Positions 31,801 to 46,759 of a stretch of DNA of 64,000 bases are shown here, one piece after another (within the stretch, counting starts at the first letter, position 1; every line of letters starts with the position of its first letter). A program made the translations under genes and the position numbers. The notes under the pieces are model-generated. The model was not told where the DNA came from. It saw only the letters and a program-made list of their open reading frames with translations, and ran no database searches. The DNA lies in assembly GCF_009914755.1 (NCBI RefSeq), contig NC_060931.1; one strand, written 5' to 3'. Source of the stretch: the human T2T-CHM13v2.0 reference genome, Homo sapiens.

Positions 31801-32519
31801 TCTATGTGATCCAGTTTCTTGAATATTTCTTACGATATGTCATGTAACCTGTTACTTGGGAAAGTTTTCCAAGTGTTACACATACATAGTAGTCAGCAAT
31901 GCTATTTAACAAGTGTTTCTAGATCTTCTCAGTTGTGATGAAGCTTATATTGCCTGTATCCCTTGTCTCTATAATGACTGTGACACAATGCTTAATTGCA
32001 TTGGCATGTGGCAGTAGCATGAAATATATTTTCACTAACCCAGTGAGAGTTTGGGTGTTTTTGTAACTGCAGGATTATCAGCCAATGCTAATGTGGTGGA
32101 TGTGGGGTAATATTAGAGTCCTAGTGGTGAGAAAGGTGACAATCCATGTTACACATGAGCAACACTTATGAAGCTGTTATGTGCTATAACTTGCTTAAAC
32201 ATGTATCTAATAAACTTGTAGCACTACAAGAAGTATTTGAAAATAAAAACAATATTGGCACATATTGATTGGTATTGGCTGTGCTTACCTAGCTATTATG
32301 AAAGAGACCCAAAGAAGATCTGCTTTTAAAAAGTATGTTTTATCTCATCATTTGGTATAGGGTTCTATACTACTGAGTCAGATGAACTTATTACTTGTTT
32401 TTGAGATTTTCTGTATCCTTACTAACTTCTGTCTAGTGGATCATTTAAACCTCCATCACTACAGAGTAAATATTTCTTGAAAAGAATGTGAAAAGTATCC
32501 AGCATAAACATGGAACACA

Positions 32520-32930
32520 TGGAATGTAATTAAAATTACAAACTTCGGTCAATCAAAAGACACCATTAAAAGAGTGAAAAGGCAAGTCAGAGAGTGAGAG
32601 AAGATATTTGCAGTACAAAGAAAAAACACACAAATATTCTCGCAAATCAATCAGAAACAAAAGTCAAGCCAAAGAAAAAAATGTAAATGATCTTTTACAT
32701 CCCCAATGATATCCAAATAATCAATGCACATTTAAAAAGGTCCTTAAAGATATTAGTCATTAGGGAAATGCAAATCAAAACCATGGTAGCATACCTACTA
32801 TACCCTAAAAATGTTAAAATGAAAAAGATGAAAAATAGTCTCACATACTGCTGCTTGCAGTGTGAATTTGTACTTCTTTGCAAGACTGTTTTTGCTGGAT
32901 CAACTAAAGCTCAAAATATGTGTAATCCTA
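32520..32930 (+). mobile_element. L1ME-type ORF2 3' fragment
   Basis: 'tcaaaagacaccattaaaagagtgaaaaggcaag' and IREMQIKT. Confidence 0.7.
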
Positions 32931-35725
32931 TGAACTTTGTGCTAAACTAGGGAATTATTAAACAGCCATGGAAATTTATAGTGACTCACATAGAAACTCA
33001 TTTAAAAATTCACTTTTTTTTTTCAAATTTTACCCCTTTATTTTTTGCTGTGATTGGCAAAATGATTGATTTAGTAGTAGAAGTTAATTTTTGGTCCACT
33101 GTTATTGATTTCAACTCTTCCTCCTCACTTTTACCTTTGAGATGGCTAGTGCTGCATGTGCCTCTCTTTAATGTGTTCCATTAAAGCTTTATGTACAAAA
33201 ATAGGCAATGGGTTATGTTTGGCTTGTGGGCCATAATTTTCTGAACATTAGTTTAAAAGGTTATCCTTCCCAAAGCTGTATGCTGGGATTTTAACACATG
33301 ACTCAGGGAAACACTATAACTCAATGTCAAAGGTGCACTTTAATGGCGACAATTTCAGGTTCATTGGCCGAACTGTTGTTAGTAATATATTTTTAAGCCA
33401 TTCAGCATCCAGCAAATTGGATTATTAAACAGATACAGATGCCAATGAAAATACGGCATGAAAAAACAGTTTATATTTACTATAAGCACTATATAAAAGT
33501 CTAACACTGACTGAAGTTCAAAAAAAGCAACTCAAAAAGAATAATAATTTATATTAATCTTTCCAAATATTGTCAACTGATGATTGTGGTAGTTGGGAAA
33601 CTTTAAAAATAACAGAAAGTATGTAGTGATCAGATATTAGAGTTTGCTAAATTATTTGGATTCCCATTTTTAAAAGGTCTCATTAATTTTGCAAAATGAT
33701 TGTCCAAGTTGTATGAGTGGAGAAATTATCTTCCCTAAAATATCCACATGGAAATCAATATATAAGCCATAAGTCTCAGTTAGATAGAGGAACACAAAAA
33801 TAAGTTTCTGTTAACTAACTTTAATGAATAATTGCAATTTTCTTTCTAACAAAGGAGCAATTCTTTCTTGGTTAATGTTTTTGTATCTGTGGTTATATGT
33901 AGACTGTAAAATTACATTTATTTTTGCAATTCTAGCTTGAATAGATGTTTTATCTTTGGAACTTGTCAGAAAACCATGGGTTTTCAAATAAGACTAAAGC
34001 TATTTTATTAAAAAGTTGTATGATAAATTTGAAGACTTCTGCAAAGGACAATCCATGGTTTCAGATCATTTTTGGAAAAAAAAAATCAGTTAACCAGTAT
34101 TTTCTGCTGTACTGTCATTTGTAATTCTTTAAGTTTCTTTGTGCATGTAGCATTGTAGCTGAGATATATTTGGCCATTGTAGCAATATTCTTCTCTTCAC
34201 TAAACCCAGGTAACTTAATAAGTTTCTTGAAACTACATAGAAGAATTGAAAGTATTATTACAACAACATTTAGAACATCTAAAAAAAGGCATATTCAAAG
34301 ATTTCAGTGGTCACTTAGCAGGAAATTTTCATTTATTTTGCCAGTATGATTCTATGAGCTTTTATAATACCAGGCAGGTCAGGATATCAGGTAATGTTTC
34401 AAGTCATTTCACAATACTTTTAAAGATGTACGTTTAGTCTTGAAATTACTATAATCCTTTTATTTTTCCTTAATAATTCATACCTTCATTTATTCAACAA
34501 ACACATTCTCAACCTACTACATGATAATATTTGGGAAATCAGGGATGAACAAGTTAGATGAATTTTCTGCTCTTATAAAATGAGCATTCTAGTTGTCAGA
34601 AACAAACATTAAACAAGCATAGAAATAAACCTGATAAGTTTAGAATATGATAAATACCATAAGAAAAATGGGCACATGACATTAAAGAATGTGACAGTTA
34701 CTGAACCCAGTAGTACCTAACAAATGAGGGACCCAAAGATTCATTTGCAAAGGAAAAGTGCAAACATGAAGTAGTATGTCAAAATTTCCTAAAATATAAG
34801 AATTTTCTAAGGAATTATGGCTATTTTATGACAACAATAATCTGATGGAGAATATAAAATATTTCAAGAATTTAAACTCACAATAAAATAATTTACACTT
34901 TCCTTTATTTTTTAAAGTTCCTCTAATCTGATGGGACACTCCCGCAATGATGCTTCAGCTGTATTTTAACCTCAAGAAACCCTAAGATCCCTCACTCCTA
35001 TGCTGCTGTCAACGGGAGGCTAAGAAGCACAGAGAAATAGGCCATACAAAGTCTACCTCTCTGAACACTCTGGTTTGTTGAGATGACAGATGGTTAAGTC
35101 TCTCTCTGACATCAAGAGTTAGAGCCAAAGTTATCATGGAATTGTTTCTTTTGGAATGTCAAGTTTATGTGCACCGTATCACTCTTCTGAAATGGACTCA
35201 AGATTCAGGGTCTCATCTCACTTTTGATTTAACTACACTCATATTCATCCATGTGTGAAAAATGGTGATCACACTAGAAAGCTTGTTCTTACTGTTTCCT
35301 TGCATATCTGAATACCTGCATCACATTCAAATCTAACTCACTGCCTTAATTTAATAGCTGAAAGAAACACTGAACAAGTCACACTCCTGCAAGGGCATGG
35401 AACACAGAATGGCAAGTATATCCACTAGGATTGTATTTTTCTACAAGAAATAGCCTGGCAAATGGTGGCCTAAATTACTAATCAGTTTATTTTATTCTTC
35501 TACAGAAGTTAGCAAACCATGATTGGTCTTAAGGAGCCATCAAAATCCAATTTCCTTCAAGCTTTCTGCCTAGCCTTCCTTCACATATAGCTTCCATTCT
35601 CCAGTTTCCCCCTGTGAACCTGGTAAAAAGAGATTTCAAAGTTCAAACCCGAAATATAAATAATTATTCAGGAATATCTTAACCAATTTATTGCATGTAT
35701 AGTTTGTAGTTTTATAAATGCACAG

Positions 35726-36036
<311 letters not shown>

Positions 36037-38899
36037 TCAGTAATTATAAAGTAAAATACCTGTGATAAGAAAGCATGTACCATGGTTGAATTGGCAGTGT
36101 ATCTTTTATTCATACTTCTTAATAATGGGCATTTTCTTTGGTGTGTGTATGTGTATGTATATATCTCCTATCTTGTGCTTATGTAGTCTTGATTAATTAT
36201 TCAAGGCATCACAGAAAACAGTAGATACTTTTGTTTGGAATTGAAGAATTGCTTTGCAATTCATATAAAGCATGTAGGTACCAGGAGTTTAAGTAACAAA
36301 TATAAAAAGATTATCTGGAGCAATTCTCAAAGCCTTTACTATGTGAATGCACATGCAGAATTTCCAAGACGATATTACAGTATTCAGCATTTTCCATGAT
36401 CCATATTTCACCATGAACATTTTTTCTGACAGATTCTCTTACTGAGATACCTTGGAACATGGTTTGAATAATATTGCTCTAACTTCTTTCATGTCAGGAA
36501 GCTCTGAGGTAATTTTTAATATTTTATACACTGTACTATTTAACAAAGGAAAATATATTATTTGTTTTACCAATGTCATTTTCCTCGACAACTGCTACAA
36601 ATTGGAACTTAAGTTAGATAGCTACTTTATAATATATTTGTATTAATCTAGAAGGCTTAACTATACCTAGATTATACAGTAGTTGCTCAATAAATGCCCA
36701 TTGAATAGAATCATAAACTAACTTCATTTCCAGACTGCACAAAAGAGTCAATCTAGTAATGACTGGTGGAGGTGGGGCAGGATAGGGTCATTGCTAGGGC
36801 TCTTACACACACATCATACTATGTATCACTTTTCTATATTTATCACTCCATTAAGTCTGTTCAAAATCAACCTTCCTATCTAAAATTACCAAGAATTCAA
36901 ATTGAATTCCTTAGATGCATAGTGATCCAATTGCTTGTTCTATTTGATTCACACACAGGCAGCAATCTGTTTTCTTTCCAAATTGTATTTGTTGTCATTA
37001 TTTTAATCTAGCATTTGTTTCATGTTATTGGAATACTCTGAATTATATAGGAGGTTTATACAATAACAAACAGTTAAAGAAACAAGTCAAAGTATCACTC
37101 TCCCCAGGTGAACATCCATTTTAGCTATGTGTCTATTTCTTTTGAACCCAAATTTTAGACAGTGAAATCTGTGGTTTATTCTTTTAACAGTTGCCATAGA
37201 CTTGCGGAAATGCCTGCTACATACATGCGTGTTGAACAATGAACTTCATAACTGACATATTTATCAGAGAATCAGGATGAGAGAAGGTGATCACTTAAAA
37301 AGAAAAGCCTAGTTTGTATAAGATGGATGTTGATCACGTGCTCTCCAGCATCATAATTACATTTGTTCTGTTCAATTAGGGTTGGGTACTAGACAGAAAA
37401 TATTTTGTAAAAGGAAATACCCACCTTCTTTGAAGCACTGTTATACATAAATTCTTTCCAAAAGTATTTTTTAAAATTACAGAGAAAATACAAAATTGTA
37501 AGTGATTCATTTTTTATTATTATAAAAAGACACACTTAGGCCAGTAGTAAAATTGTTGAGTTTCTTTCTCCTAATAGTTAATTCACCATATAAAATATTT
37601 AGTTTATTCACAGCAGCTTGTTATGGGATTCTAATTGCCTATTTTTCCAGAAATGGTGAACAATCTTTCATTTAAAACAGGGAACAGAATAGATTAAACA
37701 TGAAGGGAAAATATACAGGCAGTGAGGCCCTCAACTTCTTCAGCACTGTTTTGTTCTGTCCTCTTTTTCTCTCCCTCTCCCTCCTTCTGTGTATTTCTAT
37801 TCCTTCTATCCCACACTTTTCATTCAGAACTGCTCATTTTTCGTTTTATAAATGACAAGGGCCATTCCAGCCTTATTAAGTGGAAACTTGACCGATAGCA
37901 TTGAAAAGGTCACCTGTAATTCAGGCTACAAGTGATAAAAATTTAGGCGTTAAGATCAACATAGACTGGGAGTAAAATTTTAAAAATAGAGATAAAGATT
38001 TATAGGCATGAGGCTATTCAAGAAGACCTAGTGCTGCCAGTCACTGAGAAATCAACTTGATGACCAGAAAATAAGATCAGATTAAGAAATATGAGGTTGG
38101 TAGGGCCTCCTGAGGCACAGTCAGGGGACACTGAAATGTATTTTTAGTGGATTATGAAGGGTCTGGGAATGGATAACTCTGAAATCCTTTTACAGTACAT
38201 CACAATGTGTCACATATTCCTTGAGAAACTCAATTACCAAACATCCCAGACAACATGATTGGCTCTAGTTGAAGTGAGAAAAACTTTAAAAGTGACATGA
38301 AATGTTAAATTGGCTTTAGGGTTCAGAAAAGTATTTTATGTAGGTATACACCCTGATTTTCTTCAGCATAGAAAGCTTATATTTATAGAAAAGTACATAT
38401 TACCTGTGGAAAAAAATTAAGTAGACTTTAAAGGAATATTTAAGGATTATTCTGAGCCTTTAACATGACCAGACATACATTTTTATTTATAATTATTTAA
38501 AGTCTCTCTATTTTATTCTTCCTCAGCTTTAATTCACCTGGGAGAGGTGCTTAGGAGCTAATTGAAAGTAAACAATTACAAAAAGTGTATGTTTTGAAGA
38601 ATTGTTTTATGAAGTGGGGAGCGGGGAGAGTTTTTCTTAAGGGAAAGAACAAGATAGAATTATTGAAATAAATATTAGAAGAAAGAAATGAATTTATTGT
38701 ATGTGCAATAATGTACTGGAATAAATGCATCAAACACTTTTTCTTCAAGCATAATTGCCTGGGAATAATAGTAGATTTAAATTCAAATTTTATTTTGTGA
38801 AGGATAACATTTAAATTAAATTTTTTTTTGTGAAAGCAACTATCTTAACTATCTGTGCTAACGACAGCTCTATGATAGAAGGAACTTTGTTTATTATGC

Positions 38900-39030
38900 T
38901 TACTATGCAGATGCAGAAACACAGAAAGGAAGAGGATTAGCAACTTTCCCAGATCTGAGTTGAGCTGAGATTTGAGTCAAGGCAATATTGCTTCTGGGGC
39001 TGTAACAACTACATTTTATTGTCTCCTGAA
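38900..39030. mobile_element. MIR fragment
   Basis: 'cagatgcagaaacacaga...gagctgagatttgagtcaaggc' core-like sequence. Confidence 0.55.
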
Positions 39031-39082
39031 CAGATACTTCCTTTTCTTACTTAATAAGAATAGACCTTGGAGGTCTGGACCT

Positions 39083-40298
39083 GGACATGAACGTACACTT
39101 TTCTAAAGAAGATATACACATGGCCAACAAGCATGTGAAAAAAAGCTCAATATCACTGATCATTAGAGAAATGCAAATGAAAATCACAATGAGAGACCAT
39201 CTCACACCAGTCAGAATGGCTATTATTAAAAACTCAAAAAATAACAGATGCTGGCGAGGTTGCAGAGAAAAGGGAACACTTATACACTGTTGGTGGGAGT
39301 GTAAATTAGTTCAACTATTGTGTAAAGCAATATGTCAATTCCTCAAAGAGCTAAAAAAGAACTACCATTGGACTCAGCAATCCCATTACTGGGTATATAC
39401 TCAGAGGAATATAAGTCACTCTACTATAAACACACACGCATGCAAATTTTCATTGTAGCACTATTTACAATAGCAAAGACATGGAATCAACCTAAATGCT
39501 CATCAATGACAGATCGGATAAAGAAAATATGGTACGTATACACCATGCAATACTGTGCAGCCATAAAAAAGAATGAGATATTTTGTGGGAACATGGATGG
39601 AGCTGGAGACCATCATCCTTTGCAAACTAACAAAGGAACAGAAAAGCAAATAGTGCATGTTTTCACTTATAAGTGGGAACTAAATGATGAGAATTTATGA
39701 ACACAAAGTAACAACAGACACTGTGGCCTACTTGAGGGTGGAAGGTAGGAGGAGGGAAAGGATCAGAAAAAATAACTGTTGGGTAATTGGCTTATGTATT
39801 AGTCCCTTCTCATACTGCTATAAAGACATGCCTGAGACTGGGTAATTTACAGAGAAAAGAGGTTTAATTGACTCACACTTCTGCAGGCTGTACATGTACA
39901 GGAGGCATGGCTGGGGAGACCTCAGGAATCTTAAAATCATGGCAGAAGGGCTAGGGGAAGCAAGCAAGTCTTCACGTGGCAGCAGGAGAAAGAGAGAGCA
40001 AAACAAAGGGGAAAGTGCTACACACTTTCAAACAACCAGATCTCATGAGAACTCACTATCACAAAAACAACAAGGGGAAACTGTCCGCATGATCCAATCA
40101 CGTCCCACCAGATCCTTCCCCCAACACTGAGGATTACAATTCAACATGAAATTTACCGGGGGGACAAAGAGTCAAACGGTATCAGCTTAGTACCTGGGTG
40201 AGGAAATAATCTGTACAACAAAACCTCATGACAAACATTTACCTATATAACAAACCTGCACATGTACCTAAAATCTAAAGTAAGAGTTAAAAAAAATT
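39083..40298 (+). mobile_element. Older primate L1 (L1PA15/16 or L1PB-type) 3' end
   Basis: ORF 39087-39458 matches the ORF2 C-terminus ([20 protein letters not shown]), followed by 3'UTR and A-tail. Confidence 0.9.
39795..40184 (-). mobile_element. MST (MSTA/B-type) MaLR solo LTR
   Basis: tgtattagtc...tatca ends. Perfect 5-bp TSD GCTTA at 39790-39794 and 40185-40189. Confidence 0.92.
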
Positions 40299-40439
40299 AT
40301 ACAGGAGTATACTTAGAAGGCATAGTTTCTGAATTCTAAATCATTATTCATAAAAATTTTACCCAATATTTTTCATTGCATATTTCCTATAAAAAATAAT
40401 AGATCAAAGACTACTAATTGTAAAAAGAAAAAAAAAGCA

Positions 40440-40760
40440 AGCTGCTAATATTTATTGTGCCTTTACTCTTTGCCAGGCCTTATTAAACGCTTTACCTTTG
40501 TTACACTGTTTAACTCTCCAAATAACTCTAAAATGTAGTTACAGTTATTGTTTCTGAGAAAGGATGGAACTGAGGCTCTATAAGTTCAAGTCACTATAGA
40601 CTACTGGTCTAGGCCAGTAGTTCTATTTTTAACACGTTTATGAAACACCTTGAAAAGTTATTAAAAGAGTTCCCTGGTTTCAACACCAGAAGATCTAATT
40701 CAGCCCAAAAATTTGCTGATGCTTCTGGTCAGAGGACCACACTTTGAAAACTACTGCTCT
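40440..40760. mobile_element. MIR fragment followed by MER5A fragment
   Basis: 'tttattgtgcctttactctttgccaggc', 'ggaactgaggct'; 'gctgatgcttctggtcagaggaccacactttgaaaactactg'. Confidence 0.6.
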
Positions 40761-42691
40761 CCTAATGGTGTTAGCAATTGTCTGAATCCTGAGACTTTAA
40801 CCAACATATGAACACACAAAACGTGATGTTCATTCCGTAGATATTGATTGATGCTGAATCCAAACCTCATCAAACTAAATTATTCATGTACCATGACAGA
40901 CAGGAATCCTAAAGGCATTTTTATAAAAGACATTTGCCTCTAATCCTTAAGGACAGACACTTAAGTAGCACATTTTGGTACATAGAAATTAGATTTCAGT
41001 ACTAAACTCTACTCACTTTTCTCAAAGCTATTAAATCAGCAAATAGTTGGTATCAAGCATCATTGTAAATGAATGAAAATTGTTGTTTTAAATAATAAAC
41101 TTTAAAAGTGAGAGATTAATAGATTCCCAAATTGATAAAGCCAGTTAGTGCCAGATTCTACCACACCCTATTTTCAGTTTCCTTGAATGAGTAGTATGTC
41201 AACAGCTCCCCTTGGTCCTCCAGTATAATTTCTCCCCAGATTTCATTTAGGTACATGACTACTGATAATTAGCAATGGAATTTAAATTCCTCAGGAGCTC
41301 TTGCATCTAGGCATGGGACCAAGGCTAAGTTCTAGTCAATGGGATGTAAGCAGAAATGATGTGCGTAACATCAAGAATCAGTTTTTCAGAGAGATAATTT
41401 GCTTTTCTTTTCTCCTTCTTGTCTTTGATAGCATCTTCAACCTTTCTGGACTACAGCACCTGCCAACTGACCCCCACATCATGGCTCCAACGCTGGCTTC
41501 ATCACATATCTTCTCTCTCAGTCCCTTTGGCTCTCAGGGTGCAATAGCTTAACAAAATTGCTGATCTAGGTGCCTCAGCATTGTTTCTTTGTCATAGTCT
41601 CTGTATTATCTTATTTTGAGCCATTCTTTTCCTGCAAAGATCCTAACTGAATGAGATAACTACTTCATAAGCTATTTGTAAGGTTTAAATAAATTAATGC
41701 ATATTTAATACATGAAGCTGTGCCTAGTTTATAGTAATTACTCAAAAATGTTACTTATTTCTCCATCCAAAACATACAAACAATAGTATATCCTTCATGA
41801 GGACTTCTTGTGGACTAAAAAGGCAGTATCTTTAAAGTGTTTTGCAGTCTCTGACAAAACCACACTATTACCCTTACTCAAGGTTTTAATTGATTGTATG
41901 TACACAAGGTTAGTCTATATGAGCTTTGGAAAGATGGGAAATTCAAAGTAGAACAGTTAAGGAAGGAAAGTGTATGTTCCACTAATAAAATATATATTAG
42001 TTCCTGTAATCAGATTGTGAGTGACAATGGAATCCAGTGGACCCATTTTGCCCTCAGACAGATGGCTGAGAAATTGCTGGTGTGGCAAGCAAGCAACTCT
42101 GACTGCAAAATGGCAGACTCATTTGCTTGGGGGACAGGAATGAGGGATGGTTCACATGGGAAGCACAAAGTCACCCTTGATGAAAGTTCAGAGAAGAAAG
42201 AGATCATCAAACTTACTCTAATTACCAAAAGGTGATGACATTAGCAGAAGAATTAGAGTTTGAAATAGTACTTTTGGTAGAGAGGACTGATTTCTAAGAA
42301 AGCCCATACTCATGATACAAAGGCAGTTGGTGGGCCCCAAAGCAGAATAGCTGCCTCAGGTGGGCAAGTAGCTAAAGTTCACCAAGCACTGTGTCCCAAA
42401 ACTCACATACACGCTATACCTACCTGCATCCCATGATGCCAGGAGAGCCACATTTCTGTGGCAAGGGACAGTGAACAGAGAGGAGCCAACATGGGAATGA
42501 GAAACAGAGTTATAAACAAAAAGCAAGAGAGGAACCCTCAGGGTAACAGAATCAGTCACTCTTGAATATGTGACAGAGTAGAAGGTAATTACCTCTTATA
42601 TCCGGATATTGAAATTCCAATTCTAGTCTCTGGACCATACTTCTTTGAAGGTTAGAAATATCAGTAGCTCAGTTGGATCTCAGATTGGAGC

Positions 42692-43130
42692 TGCTATGTG
42701 TTGAATTGCACCCCTCCAAAATTCACATGTTGAAGTCCTAACTCCCAGTATCTCAAAATGTGACCTTATTCAGAGGCAGGGTATTTACAGAGATAAGCAA
42801 GTTAAAATGAGACCATTGGGGTGGGCTTTAAACCAATAAAAAGGGGAAATTTGGAGACAGATTCACACAAAGAGACAATGCATGTGAAGAGAGAGGCAGA
42901 GATTGAAGTGATGCTCCTACTAGCCCAGGAACACAAAGATTGCCAGGAAACCTCCAGAAGCTAGATGAGAGGCACGGAACAGATTCTTCCTCACGATGTT
43001 CCAAAGGACCCAATCCTGCTGACACCTTGATTGCTTAATTCTAGCCTCCAGAACTGTGAGACAATAAATTTATGTTGTATGCCACCCAGTTTGTGGCACA
43101 TTGTTTCAGCAACCCTAGAAAACTAATACA
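42692..43130 (+). mobile_element. MLT1C-type MaLR solo LTR
   Basis: 'tgttgaagtcctaactcccagtatctcaaaatgtgacc', 'ctagcctccagaactgtgagacaataaatt' and end 'aaactaataca'. Confidence 0.88.
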
Positions 43131-43476
43131 GAAGTTGACAAGATCCCTGTATTAGTTAAGATTTTTAAAAAAATAAATGATGAAAACAAAACAAAATCCC
43201 TTTTATGAACTTAACTCTAAATGTGAAATGTGTAGGATCAGTAAATGAAACTCTCAGGAGTGTACATGTTCTGAGCATATGTTGATTCAGGTAGTTAAAT
43301 GATACTATCAGGAGTTTAACTCTAACTCTGGCTCTCGTTGCTACTTCTTGCTTCGGGTTGGTTTTTTACCCTGGCGAGCTCTCTTCAAATGAAAATAAGA
43401 TGGGACTTAACAATTCCAGCTTTAAGAAAGCTGCAACCAGCAATTAAAGAAAGTTAAACTACCTCTTCTTTCTCAG

Positions 43477-43582
43477 GTTCATAGCAACATAGGTTTTACC
43501 TCCCGTATTACCAGCGTTACTTAATTATTGCCAGTTATTTCAAACAGCTGGAAACAACTTGGAAAGCTGCTTAACTAGAGAG
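43477..43582 (+). other. Candidate non-coding exon (106 nt)
   Basis: Acceptor acctcttctttctcag|G and donor GAG|GTAAGT. Stop codons in all three frames. Confidence 0.3.
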
Positions 43583-43948
43583 GTAAGTGGGTAAGAATAG
43601 TTGAAGAATTGATAATTTATTCAGTGCGATTTCTCTCTTTTCTATATTGTTCTCTGTTATGGTGGAGACAAATATGGATATTTTTATTTGAGCATGAAAA
43701 TCAAGAAGAAAAAGAAATAAAGAAATAACAGGTAAGATATAAATTATGAATTTTTTTCTTAACCTTTTTTAAGGTGTAATGGTATTTCCAAAAGTATCTC
43801 TTCCTGAAAAGAGGAAGATTTTATTGTTTAAAACATTTTGTAGAGAGGTTAGAAATCCTAGATTTCACCACTAAAACAACAGAAAAATAATTTAACATTT
43901 TGGGAACCCAACTATTCGTGTGTTAAAAAAAATAGTTGCATTGTCTGA

Positions 43949-44279
43949 GCAGGGACATGGATGGAGCTAGAGGGCATTATCCTTAGCAAACTAACAAAGG
44001 AACAGAAAACCAAATACCGCATGTTCTGTCTTATAAAAAGGAGCTAAATGATGAGAACTCATGGACACATAGAGGGGTACAACACACACTGGGAGCCTAT
44101 CTGAGCATGGAGGGTGCAGAAGGGAGGGGATCAGGAAAAATAATTGATGGGTACTAGGCTTAATCCCTGGGTGATGAAACAATCTGTATAAAAAACCACC
44201 ATGACAGAAGTTTATCCATGTAACAAACCTGCACTTGTACCCCTGAACTTAAAATGAAAGTAAAACAAAATTAAAAAAT
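43949..44279 (+). mobile_element. L1PA (PA8-13-type) 3' fragment
   Basis: 'gcagggacatggatggagctag' and 'aacaaacctgcacttgtacccctgaacttaaaat'. Confidence 0.88.
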
Positions 44280-46393
44280 AGACACGCTATGATTTCTGTG
44301 ATTTTTGTAGTTGGAGGCACCAGGGATTTTATGCAGCCATGTTTTTTTGGTTGCATTTATGTAAGCTTTTGTTTTCAAATAATTTTTTATTGAAAATTTA
44401 AATTTAAGAAAGCATTAATTTTTAAAACTATTATCTTGATCATAAAAGTCTTCAGTACTTGTTGCTGAGTATTTTTAATGTAGAATTTATGGAGAAGAAA
44501 ATTAGAATTATCAACATAACTATGGTACAGAAATAACTATTGTTAATGTTATCATGTATTCTCTTTAAGCTATTTTTCTATAACACACCTATGCACCTTA
44601 GGAAGAGGACATGCTATTGGCTTATTATTTAACGCTTGTTTTAATGTCTCTTTGATTTTGTGTCCTTTGTTTTAACTTGCAACGGATATATTTGTGAGGA
44701 AGTAGGGAATTAATAATAGAGAAATAAATTAATTTGGCAAATGTATTTTGCAACTTCTTTATCAGATTCAATTAAATGTACAAGTCACTTTCCCTTAGAG
44801 AGTTGCTTATCTAATGTATTCCAATAAGAAATTCATTGATGTGAATTAAATCATTTATTTCTAATGTTATTAGGGATAAAAATGTAACAGACCTTATCAG
44901 TCACACAAAGATAATAGGAAACAGGTAAGGAGAGTAGACTTACAAAGGAAATGTATAACCTTCGAACAAAATTGACCACCAGAGAGGCACAACTATATGC
45001 ATGAGCTCTGCATGCAGACAAGCAAATGGAACTGATAGGCATTTTAAAGACATCTGATAAAATAAATGGCTGACAACATTGCACAATAACTTCCCCTTGT
45101 GACCACTGCTTCCTTTCTTGGATGTATAATAACTGAGACTTTTGAATGTGACACATTTATCCATTTGTGAAAATAATATAACTCTAATATAAATTATTTT
45201 AGCTGAAAATAATATCACATTCCTGTTCCTGTTTTGATGGCAGAGACTAAACAATAATATTTCAAAGGGCGCCTACATACACATACACACACCCATACCC
45301 CACCTTAGTAATGCTGAAACATAAGAAACAATTGAAAAATAACGTAAGTTAATTTGGAAAATTATATAGTGCAATTAAAGAGTCTTATCGAAAATCATTT
45401 ATATGCAAATATATTTATAAATGTGGACAATCTATAACAGGAAAACCTTATTCTGATTAGTCTTAAATATATGAGTTTATTTATATATTCTATTCAGTCT
45501 TCTACTGAATTCTGCATTACATTTGTATAGTAGATATCCAAGGAAAAATGTTCAGTTGCCCCTCATTACTACTATAATGAAATTAAGTTCTGATGACAGA
45601 GTAATATATTGAATAAAAAAGAATCTATCTGAAACTTTCATCAACTCATAATGAAAAAGCCATAGGAATGTATGTTGAAAAACACATAGTGTTTGTTCCC
45701 TGAAGTGAATAAAAATAGAAAATGTGGAGAAAAGAGCAGTTTATAGGATAATACTTAGAGGAACTGGGTTAACATTTTCAATGAAAGGAATACAAGCATC
45801 ATTGGGTCCTTAGAGACTAGAAACTATAAAAAGAGAAATTGACCATCAGGCTTGAGTAAGGAAGGCTGAGGAACTAGGATATTTCAAGCTTTTAAAACAA
45901 GGAAAAGCATTTCACCATTCACTAAACAACTTAACCTGGATCACTTTCTGAATCCAGTATGTGCTCTAAATTGCCCCTGGAATAATTTAGAAAGATGCTT
46001 CATAGAAAAAGAGAGCATTCAAGTTATCTTAGCGCCTGGAATTATTCCAGTACTCAAGAATTAGATCTCTACTCACTCAATTTACCAAATCCATTGCAAA
46101 GAGACTGGGGACTACCGATGTAAAAGTAAGCTGATAACAGTGGAAGTTAACCATTTTCACTTAAATTGTTATACAAAAATCAAACTTTTTTACTAGTACA
46201 GAATATAGATAATTAACACCATTTCAAAACACTTTCCTTTCCCTCCTAAGTACCATAGCTCCCAGTCTTAGAGGCATCAGAAGACCTAACATCTAAAAAT
46301 CAAAATTTCAAAAGAAATGTTACACCCCAATATACTGATAAAATATTGAAACTTATTTTTATATAGTGCTTAGCATTATAAAAAGCATTTGCA

Positions 46394-46759
<366 letters not shown>

